Source: Pecten maximus (lineage: Eukaryota). Taken from it: a stretch of DNA of 64,000 nt. Shown piece after piece: positions 10,956 through 20,576 of the stretch. Within the stretch, counting starts at the first letter, position 1; each line of letters begins with the position of its first letter. Below the pieces are notes generated by a model. The model had not been told where the DNA came from and did no database searches. It saw only the letters and a program-made list of their open reading frames with translations. The DNA lies in NCBI RefSeq assembly GCF_902652985.1, contig NC_047031.1, positions 12,710,001-12,774,000 on the forward strand, in the 5' to 3' direction. Made by a program: the position numbers and the translations under genes.

Positions 10956-11089
10956 CGTGAAACAATAAGTTGTTCCGTTTTTTCAAACAATGTATTGTTT
11001 TAAGACAAAAAAGGTCTAAACACTGTATTGTTTTTAGAAAAGGTATATATTAAACCGGTCTCTTCTATAGTGTTAGTCGACACGCCGTT

Positions 11090-13300
11090 ATGGATTGGCT
11101 ACAGTCTACGTTAGGAGTTATTCGAACTAGGAAATTAGAAAGAATAAAAAATGAATGTTCTAACGAAAAGATCGTAAAAGACACGATACGTTATTGTAAC
11201 GAAAACGGTTTGCCGAACGTACGATTGGTCGATGACGACGTTTACGATGCTTTGTTTGTCGATTCTTACGACAATTGTCGACGATACGATTGCACGGTTT
11301 TTGAAGTGTCGAAATTTAAAGAACCTGATTTCCAGGGTAAATACTTGATATCGTGTGTGTTTGATATAGAAACTGTCAACCGTTTTCAAAATAGCGAAAT
11401 AAACGACAAAATTGTTTACATCGTAATGGATACTTGCATAGCAAATAAATTACCGCCCGTCGATACGGTCTGTCTGTGTGTCACGAATCCGCTAGTAAAA
11501 ACGTACAAACGAGTGGAGAATAGGCGTTATAAATTGAACGAGTTTTCGAAACGATATGCTCACATGATCACCGATCAATATTTCGACGAAAAAACTGAAA
11601 GATATTACAATGTAGTTTATTGTCACGAAAGCGAAAAGAAATTAGTCTTATCGTTTTTAGAGATGTTGAATCGTATAAGACCACACAATCTAGTGACGTT
11701 TAACGGCGAAACATTCGACATTCCTTACTTGATAAGAGCTTGTTATACTCACGACAAAGATATGGCCAACGAATTATCGTTGATTAAACCGGGCATTTGC
11801 AAACATAGCGGGTCTCGATCCATACAGATGAATAAAAAACGTTTACCGAATCGAGGATTCATAAACAAATCCGTTTTAGATCTACAACACGATTGTTTTC
11901 AAGCATTCATACATACAGATCTGTCTAAATATAATAAGGGATCTCTAGACGAAGTGTGTACGAAACAGTTGGGGGCGAAAAAAGTGAATCTATCGTATAC
12001 AGAAATACCACACCTTGTCGAAAGTAGACACGAAAAATTGTTGATTTACAACATAAGAGACACGGAGTTGACAACTAGACTTTTCATGAAGGATTATTTC
12101 ATGACGATAGGATATTACACCACGTTAGAAAAAATCAATTCCGTCTTGTGGGATGTTTCTAGTAGCATGAAAAGATCGGTTCCGGCGTATCAAGCTAATT
12201 ATTCTACGAACGAACGACACGATTTCGTTCAGCCTAGCGTGTTGAAACCGCGCAAGAAACAAGTATGGGTGGTGTACAGAGAAATGATATCCTATTTTGT
12301 GAAACACAGGCAGCAACAGAACCTAGACGAAATGAAATACGCAGACGCTAAACAAGCGTTAGTCGAGTATCACAACGGTAACGTCTCGATGAAAGATCAA
12401 CAGAAATGGTATCGATTGAAAAAAAACGTGACTTCGGCAGATGCCATCGGTCTTTTGGAACGACAAATGAGAGACGTACATAAATACACTACGTTTGATT
12501 TATTGAATTACTTGTCGTACTTGTCGAACGTTTGCACACAATTTACGCCTTTTCTGATGTTGTTCAATAATAAATTTCTACGCACCTATTCTTTCGACAA
12601 ACCAGACCGTATCGCGAAAGAACGCGAAAAGTTTATGGAATTTGCGTATTATCTAACGACGGTGAGAAGATTCATATCTCCTTTCGATACAGCGAAGATA
12701 TGTTGGGCTAGTTATGCCGAATACTACAACACTCACACCAACGTTCGCATACTGAAACAGTTTTTCGACGACCATTTCACGAATCGCAAGACCGGCACGA
12801 TAACTCGAGAATTATACGATGTAGTCGTCGAATGCCAACGAAATAATACACATCGACGTATATTTCAAAATCCAGACAAGATAGTCGACGATATAATGGA
12901 AAGTTTATTGGCCAATTACAAAGAGTTGGTCATAAAAACGACGTACGATGGCGCATTCATCGCCGATCCTGTATCGGGAATCAATTGTGAATTTCCCGTA
13001 GTTGTCGTCGACATAGCATCGCAGTATCCGTCTTGTATAAGAGCTTTGAATCTGAGTGCTCAGACAGAAATCTCGTTGGAATACATAGAAAGAAATCGTC
13101 CGAAGCGCGGAACTGATTTTTACGCCGTCAATTTACGACGATGCGACGATTTGATTGAGTACGAGGTCTATCTAGAGTTAGGCATGAGAGAATACGTTAA
13201 CGATATCGATTATGTTAAAAATATTGTATACAACAAATTCATGTCAAAACGTAACGAAAATACTATAAACGTTAGCGGGTTCCTCGTGTTTGCCGCATGA
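11090..13300 (+). CDS. polB: Family B DNA polymerase, N-terminal part (3'-5' exonuclease + motif A only)
   Basis: ExoI VFDIET, ExoII TFNGETFDIPYL, ExoIII YNIRD, YDGAFIADP..G and VVVVDIASQYPS; no KxxxNSxYG or YGDTDS before the stop. Confidence 0.92.
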   Translation: MDWLQSTLGVIRTRKLERIKNECSNEKIVKDTIRYCNENGLPNVRLVDDDVYDALFVDSYDNCRRYDCTVFEVSKFKEPDFQGKYLISCVFDIETVNRFQNSEINDKIVYIVMDTCIANKLPPVDTVCLCVTNPLVKTYKRVENRRYKLNEFSKRYAHMITDQYFDEKTERYYNVVYCHESEKKLVLSFLEMLNRIRPHNLVTFNGETFDIPYLIRACYTHDKDMANELSLIKPGICKHSGSRSIQMNKKRLPNRGFINKSVLDLQHDCFQAFIHTDLSKYNKGSLDEVCTKQLGAKKVNLSYTEIPHLVESRHEKLLIYNIRDTELTTRLFMKDYFMTIGYYTTLEKINSVLWDVSSSMKRSVPAYQANYSTNERHDFVQPSVLKPRKKQVWVVYREMISYFVKHRQQQNLDEMKYADAKQALVEYHNGNVSMKDQQKWYRLKKNVTSADAIGLLERQMRDVHKYTTFDLLNYLSYLSNVCTQFTPFLMLFNNKFLRTYSFDKPDRIAKEREKFMEFAYYLTTVRRFISPFDTAKICWASYAEYYNTHTNVRILKQFFDDHFTNRKTGTITRELYDVVVECQRNNTHRRIFQNPDKIVDDIMESLLANYKELVIKTTYDGAFIADPVSGINCEFPVVVVDIASQYPSCIRALNLSAQTEISLEYIERNRPKRGTDFYAVNLRRCDDLIEYEVYLELGMREYVNDIDYVKNIVYNKFMSKRNENTINVSGFLVFAA

Positions 13301-13331
13301 ATAAAACAAAACAAACAAAAAAGGATGTTTT

Positions 13332-13901
13332 TTATTTTTTTATTTTCTTTCTATGAAAAATGTGACCGCAACTGACAAGACATTTTTTGTCTTCGCATAT
13401 TGAAGGGTTTGTATAACTGATAGTTATTCTTTTCAAATTGTTAGACTTTATTATCAAATCGATTTTTTTTTTCCCCGTTAACATATATCCCATTCCGGAA
13501 ATTGAAAATGATTCTATTTCTTTATGTACACTAGGGCTTACGATTAAATTATAAAGATTGCCCATCGCACTGTAATTCGTCCACTGTATCAAATATGGTA
13601 ATGTTTCTTCTTCTTTCGATGTTTCAAAAGCCTTTTCCCAATCTTTTCGAACGTTCATCCAATGATTTACACTTGCACAATTTTCTTTTTTCATAACAAT
13701 CCCATACGTTTCGTGTACTGGATTAGACCATCTTGCACAAGTCAAAGCGAGGTTGATTTTTTCTGCGTCTCCTAAAAATTCGTTTATACGATCTGTAACC
13801 AAACGAGGTAGTCTATCGAATATAGAATCTGTTACAGAATCGCTATCGATACCTAATGATTCATTTGTTAAAAGGAAAACTTCCATATCCGGCTGAAACA
13901 T
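13332..13901 (-). CDS. F-box-like protein
   Basis: IFDRLPRLVTDRINEFLGDAEKINLALTCARW fits the F-box consensus; ATG at 13901 with TATA at ~13981. Confidence 0.65.
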   Translation of the reverse strand: MFQPDMEVFLLTNESLGIDSDSVTDSIFDRLPRLVTDRINEFLGDAEKINLALTCARWSNPVHETYGIVMKKENCASVNHWMNVRKDWEKAFETSKEEETLPYLIQWTNYSAMGNLYNLIVSPSVHKEIESFSISGMGYMLTGKKKIDLIIKSNNLKRITISYTNPSICEDKKCLVSCGHIFHRKKIKK

Positions 13902-14016
13902 TTTTTCGATGGGTAGATAACTCTGTAAAGATATACAGGAGATCCACTTCTGATGGCTGTTGTAGGATTGAATGGCGGAATATATATAACAACGGGTGGT
14001 TAATCTAATTTTAAAA

Positions 14017-14210
14017 CAGAACAATAAGTTATTCTGACTCTGAGAGAATAATTAATTATTCTCCATCAGAACAATAAGTTATTCTGACTCTGAGAATAAT
14101 AAGTTATTCTCTTATTTATTGTCGAATAATAAGTTATTCTCCTTTTGGATAATACCTCTCTCCTCCCCCTTTTACCATCAGTCTGCTATAGTACGTGGTA
14201 GAGATAGGAT
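14017..14210. repeat. hr-like palindrome cluster 1 (5 copies)
   Basis: Imperfect palindrome GAGAATAA-TAAG-TTATTCTC repeated, followed by the atcagtctg...gtacgtggt.gaga motif shared with cluster 2. Confidence 0.85.
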
Positions 14211-14233
14211 GTATTGTTTACATACTCTACAGT

Positions 14234-14500
14234 ATGGGAGGTATTGATTTTTATTATGGTGATAATCAGTGTAGTTGCTCAGCGTGTGAACATTACAAGA
14301 TTTACTCATGCGATATTGACACACTAATACGTCTTGAAGGTTGGTCTTACATCAATGGTGAAGAAATAAAAAATGAACATGTCGGCGAACTCGTCAAGAT
14401 ATTGTATAGACTATGGAAAAAAGACAAATCTATCGACAGTGATTATATGAGATTGTTATTTATGTTCAGTGAACACATAGGTACAGAAATATCTTCATAG
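14234..14500 (+). CDS. Small hypothetical viral protein (CxCxxC motif)
   Basis: Intact 88-aa ORF from ATG 14234 with composition like neighbouring island genes. Confidence 0.5.
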   Translation: MGGIDFYYGDNQCSCSACEHYKIYSCDIDTLIRLEGWSYINGEEIKNEHVGELVKILYRLWKKDKSIDSDYMRLLFMFSEHIGTEISS

Positions 14501-14549
14501 ACTATTGTCTAGCTTACGCACAGGATGTGTGGAGCTAACCAGGAATAAC

Positions 14550-15900
14550 TACCGCGGGTTTTTTTAAAAAAAAAACTATTTCGCGGGTTTTTTTTAAACA
14601 TTTCCCGCGTTAGACTTGTCACATGATTTTCATAAATTGCAGACGTGGACATCTGCTAAGTCGGTCACAGCGGTTTTTAAAAAGTGAACTTTATACTCAA
14701 AGTTCAGGTAAACATCTGCCAAGTGGGTCAGCTGGAACTTTGCACTTTAAACAAAGGAATCACGTGTTATTTTTCGACAGATGTCGAGGTCGCACGTGGA
14801 AATAATAATACATTTTGACGTCAGTCGCTTGTAGGTTAAACCTTTTAACACGTGTTGAAAGATTTAAGTGGTTTAAAAATATGATCTTTGTTTGTTAAGG
14901 GGGTCAGTGAGAGGCCGCAAGAGGTTTTTCCCCACAAAACAAAGTGTCAGTGAGAGGCCACAAGGGGTTTTCAGGTGTCAGTGATTGTTTTCCCAGACTT
15001 TTTGGCACCAAGCCACTTGGGAGGTTAAGTGTTTTAAAATGTTCTTTGTTTGCCAAGGAGGTTAAGTGGGTTTACAAACATGTTCTTTGTTTGCAAAGGG
15101 GGTCAGTGAAAGGCCGCAAGAGGTTTTCCCCACAAAAAAAGTGTGAAGGACGTCTCTCGACCAATGAAAGCGTTTGTCTCTTTGACCAATGAAAAAGTAG
15201 GTCTCTTTCGACCAATGAAAGAGTTGTATTTGATCACGTGGTGACGCGGTTGCTAAAGAGAGAACTGTTTTGTTAGTCAATAGTCCACAATATCTCGGAG
15301 AGAGAGGACGTATGTTTGAGCCAGTGGAGAATATAGAAAACTTCAAGCAGAGAGAAACAGGGTTTATATTAACGTAAAAAGGTGAGTGTTTTTTTTTTAT
15401 ATATTTTGGTGTGTGTATAAAGATTTTACATCCAGAATATCCAGTAAAATAGCCGGCAATTCAGTATATAAACACATAGAGTTAGAGAGAAACAGGGTTA
15501 ACGTTGTGGTTTTATAAAAAATTTGGTGTTACAAAGCCGGTAAATGGTTATTAGCCCTACGAGAAATCTTGAACAGGAGAAAAATTGTAAATGATGGTAA
15601 AATAAACGACATAACTTCACCATGGCTGTTTTATTTTTTCAAATATGAAGTTTATAACCCTACATAACTCGGCTCCGGCATCGTGACCGACGTTATTTCG
15701 TGATAACTCAGTTTGAAAATGAGTACAAGTCAACTAACCTATTTTCGGTTTCGGTCTGCGTGACGTCAGTCTCGTTGTTGTGTATATATACACACTGGAG
15801 GTGGTGTATTATATATACACTGGAGGTGGTGTGTTATACCGAACAATTAGTTGAACAATTAAGTTATCAAACAATTAATTATCGAACAATTACCGAACAA
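14550..15900 (+). promoter_or_regulatory. Non-coding enhancer/promoter-like block
   Basis: Three gaccaatgaaa CCAAT boxes at 25-26 bp spacing (15161, 15186, 15212), E2F-like cgcggg/tttcccgcg, CACGTG, TGACGTCA (~15761), duplicated ~40-bp units at 14900 and 15100. Confidence 0.45.
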
Positions 15901-15987
15901 TTGATTGTTTTACCACATTTCAAAAATACAATATATTGTTTTGCAATTCAATTAAAATTTCATTTCTTTTTTTTTCCAGAAACAAAT

Positions 15988-16379
15988 ATGTGGTTTAAGT
16001 ACAGCCCTAAAGGTACAAGGCCTCCTTCCACGTACGACGCTTCAGAATGGCTGGAATTATTGAGGAACAAAGGTTACGTGGACAACACCAACCTGGACGA
16101 CGGTCGCCTGACAACAATGAAATTATTTTCATTAACGAGCAACAAACTTCATCACCGTCCAGATGATACTGCAACAATCGTATCAGAAATTACACAATAC
16201 CTAATTGGTAAAGGAGAGGATACAACAGACATCTTGAAACAAATGGAAGTAATTACAAAATGGAAGAGCATCTATCACAAGACACCCAAGGCTCCCAATG
16301 AACACAGTTATCCACAGCGCTATAGAATCTGGGATTTACGGAAAGTGGGTGTGAATGAAAACATGGCACTGGATTGTTT
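15988..16379 (+). CDS. Hypothetical protein with a possible DED-like segment, running into the assembly gap
   Basis: YDASEWLELLRNKGYVDNTNLD resembles DED helices 4-5; ATG preceded by a polypyrimidine-CAG acceptor. Confidence 0.45.
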
Positions 16380-17088
16380 NNNNNNNNNNNNNNNNNNNNN
16401 NNNNNNNNNNNNNNNNNNNNNNNNNNNNNNNNNNNNNNNNNNNNNNNNNNNNNNNNNNNNNNNNNNNNNNNNNNNNNNNNNNNNNNNNNNNNNNNNNNNN
16501 NNNNNNNNNNNNNNNNNNNNNNNNNNNNNNNNNNNNNNNNNNNNNNNNNNNNNNNNNNNNNNNNNNNNNNNNNNNNNNNNNNNNNNNNNNNNNNNNNNNN
16601 NNNNNNNNNNNNNNNNNNNNNNNNNNNNNNNNNNNNNNNNNNNNNNNNNNNNNNNNNNNNNNNNNNNNNNNNNNNNNNNNNNNNNNNNNNNNNNNNNNNN
16701 NNNNNNNNNNNNNNNNNNNNNNNNNNNNNNNNNNNNNNNNNNNNNNNNNNNNNNNNNNNNNNNNNNNNNNNNNNNNNNNNNNNNNNNNNNNNNNNNNNNN
16801 NNNNNNNNNNNNNNNNNNNNNNNNNNNNNNNNNNNNNNNNNNNNNNNNNNNNNNNNNNNNNNNNNNNNNNNNNNNNNNNATCAGCCACAGCAATTCTTGT
16901 GGGAAAAAACAACAACATTCATCTAATAAGTCTTGATTCTGCTTCAACACTTCTAAATCTTGTACAGAAGACATCCGAGAGAAGATACACCTGAACAACA
17001 CCTGAACAAACAATGATTATGATGTTCCATCGTTGGTATATATACGCACAACACACCACCCACACACACGAACAATACATTGTTCCGC

Positions 17089-17853
17089 CTAAGAACAAGT
17101 TATTGTTTTGTCTGCCGTCATCACCTTTTCTATTGGTCCTCCGGCGTCTTCAATCCATGCATTGATTTCTTCAAAAGATATAGGAGGATAATACATACAC
17201 ACCGATATCAATTTATTGTAGTCGATATCTAATCCGAGCTTGATGATGCTCGATATCACTGTTTCGCACGATGTAGTATTATTGCGCAGCAAATCATGCA
17301 TTGTTACACAATAATGTAATGTGTATTCTTTATAATCCACATCCTGTAGGTCGTATTTATGGATCAACCCTACCGCAATACAGGATTCTGATGCACCTAA
17401 AACTCTACACAATCTTCTCAAGTCTCTATCTTTTTCAATACTATTGGCTATACAAAACAATTGAATTCCCGTCACTTCTTGTTTCAACTTGTTCAATCCC
17501 ATAGCAACCGAACACACGTTGTTCGAAAAACCGAGATTTTCTAGACAGGTTGCCATAATAAATATCACATCATCGGCAGGGTTTGCTCGTATATTCAAAA
17601 CCCATTTATGTATCAACCGATAATTTATCTCGTAGTCGTCATCACCGCTGTTGATGCAATCTCTTACAAAAATACTGATTGTTTGTTTCGTTTGTTCTCC
17701 AATATCATAGTTGTCTCCTGACACTAATTGATGGACATCTTTTGTAGTTAGAGTCAAAGCTAGATGATCAATCAGTGTGTTCCAGTTTACGTCATCTAAT
17801 ATCTGGTCCATTAGCCTAGAAACAGCATCGTATACGTGGTACGGAAAAACCAT
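17089..17853 (-). CDS. Tandem death-domain-like protein
   Basis: VTGIQLFCIANSI..DLRRLCRVLGASESCI...ETVISSIIKLGL matches the death domain pattern; the N-half (NWNTLIDHL...YRLIHKW...MATCLENLG) looks like a second copy. Confidence 0.65.
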   Translation of the reverse strand: MVFPYHVYDAVSRLMDQILDDVNWNTLIDHLALTLTTKDVHQLVSGDNYDIGEQTKQTISIFVRDCINSGDDDYEINYRLIHKWVLNIRANPADDVIFIMATCLENLGFSNNVCSVAMGLNKLKQEVTGIQLFCIANSIEKDRDLRRLCRVLGASESCIAVGLIHKYDLQDVDYKEYTLHYCVTMHDLLRNNTTSCETVISSIIKLGLDIDYNKLISVCMYYPPISFEEINAWIEDAGGPIEKVMTADKTITCS

Positions 17854-18041
17854 CTTCTTGCTTTTCTATTCTGATATTTTTACAACGTTTTATATATATC
17901 TACTGGTTAAACTGAAACAATGTATTGATCTGTTTATGGTCGATAAATTTCCGGTTTTTTGTTTCTTTCAACTGTCATAGTTAGAAAACTATTAGTGAAT
18001 TACAAAAAAAAAATAATTTACAAAACACAAAAAAAAAAACA

Positions 18042-18440
18042 ATGAGAGGGTTAGTTACATTACTGGTAGTAGTAGCAGTGACGTTATTAAAACATGGTGA
18101 CGCATCAAAAGTATTTATGTCGCAACCGGTCAATCCTTGGGTTCAAGAACAACCCCGAACCGTTTTTCACGTGCAAGTACCAGAAGATGTCCCATTTTGT
18201 GGTAACGAATATTCACATCATTTAGCTTGTATGTACTGTGTTGGATCATCGTGTGATGGTCAGGATATTGAAGGAAACGAGATATTAGTACATTTTAAAG
18301 ACGACGACAAAGTTTGTATCAATCGTTTAAAAATTGTAACTGATCCTTTCCCCGATGGTATGTGTGGTCCGTGGATCGATAGTCATACTATGATCGCCGA
18401 TAATTTTCCGAGACGACGTCCTAATCCTCCCAGCAAATAA
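18042..18440 (+). CDS. Secreted six-Cys protein of unknown function
   Basis: Signal peptide, 6 Cys, AATAAA overlapping the stop. Confidence 0.7.
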   Translation: MRGLVTLLVVVAVTLLKHGDASKVFMSQPVNPWVQEQPRTVFHVQVPEDVPFCGNEYSHHLACMYCVGSSCDGQDIEGNEILVHFKDDDKVCINRLKIVTDPFPDGMCGPWIDSHTMIADNFPRRRPNPPSK

Positions 18441-18516
18441 AACAATTTATTGATTTAGACTCACTTATATATATATATATATATGTAATATAGTGCAATG
18501 TGTCATCACAACAACA

Positions 18517-19338
18517 ATGGTTGCGCTTGTACTACTCGTTAGTAATCGAGATTTTAAAAACAAGTCAGAACGTCCACAAAGATTTGGTGCTCTTAGAGAT
18601 GCAAAAACACTCAGAAGATGTTTTTCAAAATATCCAGGTATCAAATTTATGGAAAAATATGATGACGAGAGTCGAGAATTTAACGACGTGGAACACATTC
18701 ACATCAATTTAACAGAGAAAGATCTGTTAGAAACATTAAAACGAGCGGCTATACGTATCGAAGAGTCTGAATTCGAAAGTTTTATATGCGTAATATCCTC
18801 TTATGGATCGGGATCAAAAATGGTAATGTGTCCTGGGGAAGGCAGAGTCTTCGGAAGCCCAGTGACTGGATTGTTTAAAAACGGAAAATTAGTCGGAAGC
18901 CGCTATCTTGGATCCGAAGAAAAGGACAGTATCGTTAGAGTGCAAGATATTATCGACATTTTTAACAAAACAAAAAAAATTCCAAAGTTTTTCTTCATCC
19001 AGAACGATTGTCCATACGAAATAACCCATTCGGGAAAGAACCACGTCACTCCAGTACCAGAATGGGTTGTTAACCAACAACAACCGACGTTATTATGCGA
19101 CAACGTATTGATACATTCGATGCCCCAAGATATAGAGTCGTGTTGGGGATGGTTTCGAAACAGAGGACGAGGTTTGTCTCATTACACACAAGCATTGTGT
19201 AGAGCATTGACCGATTACAACAACACAGATGATTTCATTTCGCTATTGAATAAAATATTCAAGGACGATGATAAAGAAGAACCCACAACGTTATCTACAT
19301 TATTAGGTAACAATAATTCATTGTTTGTCCATGCTTGA
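18517..19338 (+). CDS. Caspase-fold (peptidase C14A) protein with altered catalytic residues (cFLIP-like pseudocaspase)
   Basis: LLVSNRDF..RFGALRDAKTL, NLTEKDL, SFICVISSYG (normally SHG), KIPKFFFIQND (normally QACRG), RNRGRGLSHYTQALC, PTTLSTL. Confidence 0.85.
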   Translation: MVALVLLVSNRDFKNKSERPQRFGALRDAKTLRRCFSKYPGIKFMEKYDDESREFNDVEHIHINLTEKDLLETLKRAAIRIEESEFESFICVISSYGSGSKMVMCPGEGRVFGSPVTGLFKNGKLVGSRYLGSEEKDSIVRVQDIIDIFNKTKKIPKFFFIQNDCPYEITHSGKNHVTPVPEWVVNQQQPTLLCDNVLIHSMPQDIESCWGWFRNRGRGLSHYTQALCRALTDYNNTDDFISLLNKIFKDDDKEEPTTLSTLLGNNNSLFVHA

Positions 19339-19393
19339 CAATAAATTGTTTTATATATATATATAAGTTGTGTGTGTGTGAAAAGAGATAACC

Positions 19394-19705
19394 ATGGTGG
19401 ACTTAGGTCGACCCATAACAGGGCGTGTATCGGATGTTAGGGTGGAATCTACAATGATTATCGAATTGGATGCACCACCCAGTCAATCTCTAGCTCCATA
19501 CCTAGGAATACGGACAGACGCTTATGAAGTAATCCACGCACTATATGATAAAAACATCATCGGTTTTGAACACTACCAAGTTCTCGCTGAATCTTTGAGA
19601 GAGTCGGCCAACGTAATCGACAAAATTAAAATCAACCTAATCGGCGAGAGGACTTCTCTAAAGAAGAAAACCACAAAAAAAGGAAAAGGACTTCAAACAG
19701 AGTGA
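19394..19705 (+). CDS. Small protein with a DED-like segment
   Basis: RTDAYEVIHALYDKNIIGFEHYQVLAESL resembles the DED C-terminal half; own TATA (19351) and AATAAA (19751). Confidence 0.5.
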   Translation: MVDLGRPITGRVSDVRVESTMIIELDAPPSQSLAPYLGIRTDAYEVIHALYDKNIIGFEHYQVLAESLRESANVIDKIKINLIGERTSLKKKTTKKGKGLQTE

Positions 19706-19829
19706 AGCGTCTCAGGAAAAGAATGAACAATACATTGTTGTAAAAAAAACAATAAATTGTTTATACATTATATATATAAAAGTGTTTTTTTTTTTTTTTT
19801 TTGGAAAACTTCCAAAAATGGAAAGTAAC

Positions 19830-20120
19830 ATGAAAAAACTCGAACGTTTGTTGGCCACTATGTCATTTGAAGATGCATACTAGAAAAATACGAAGAAAAT
19901 ATGGAGCTTGGAAATGACAATGATCATCGATGCAGCAATCGACGTTGTGGCGAATTCTCTATCTCCATACCTAGGAGGAGGATTACAGTAGACATTTTTG
20001 AAGTAGTTAGTGCGTTATAAAAACCTCATCTGTTTTGGAAATTACATCGAAGAATCTTTGATGATGGAGGATGTTGAGCGACATAATCGTCAATTACACA
20101 AGAAAAATGAAAGATTTTAA
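19830..20120 (+). pseudogene. Degenerate tandem paralogue of ORF 19394-19705
   Basis: 19955-20060 (tctctatctccatacctagga...gaagta...aaaacctcatc...gaatctttg) aligns with 19487-19598; stops and frameshifts present. Confidence 0.7.
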
Positions 20121-20164
20121 TGAACTCAACATAATGGACATATTCCGACCACAAAAAGAAGTTC

Positions 20165-20440
20165 AAAACGTCTAAAGAACATTAAAAAAGTCTGATTAAA
20201 GGACCCGATGAGGGGTCCTATGGCCGTTCGTACGAAGAACATCCGTGATTCTGTCACCAGAAACGGAGCATCACCCGGGGGGGTCCACATGAATTATTGG
20301 AGCCGGAAAGATGTGTTCCTGTGATATCGCGGGGACATGTCACTTTAAAAAACGCCCTCTTTCCGTTGTGGACTTGTGACACCGCCCTAATCCAGTACAC
20401 TCAATTCATGTGTAACAAACACCTCAGACGTTTTTTTTTT
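20165..20440 (+). ncRNA. Candidate structured non-coding RNA
   Basis: GC-rich island with six or more nested stems, G-U pairs on the + strand, pairing ends and a terminal T10 run. Confidence 0.45.
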
Positions 20441-20576
20441 AAAAATAAAAAATTTATATAAATTATGGGTTTTTTTTGTTATGTTTTTAAAAAAAACAAC
20501 TATTTTTGTGTGTTGGAGTTATCTGCCCTAATTACCTCCCTTTGAAAAAAAGACAAGTAGCTTCACGAAAAAAAAG

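Noticed and set aside
11090-13300. Polinton pPolB or host Pol delta
   Set aside because: Motifs are of the RNA/DNA-primed type, unlike the pPolB relics elsewhere in the window; intronless and too divergent for a host polymerase
16253-17013. ORFs spanning the first N gap
   Set aside because: Artefacts of translating through Ns
20191-20400. Hammerhead ribozyme or telomerase RNA assignment
   Set aside because: The CUGAUGA/GAAA core geometry is not met (ccgatga), and ccctaa is too short for a 1.5-repeat template; kept only as an unassigned structured RNA
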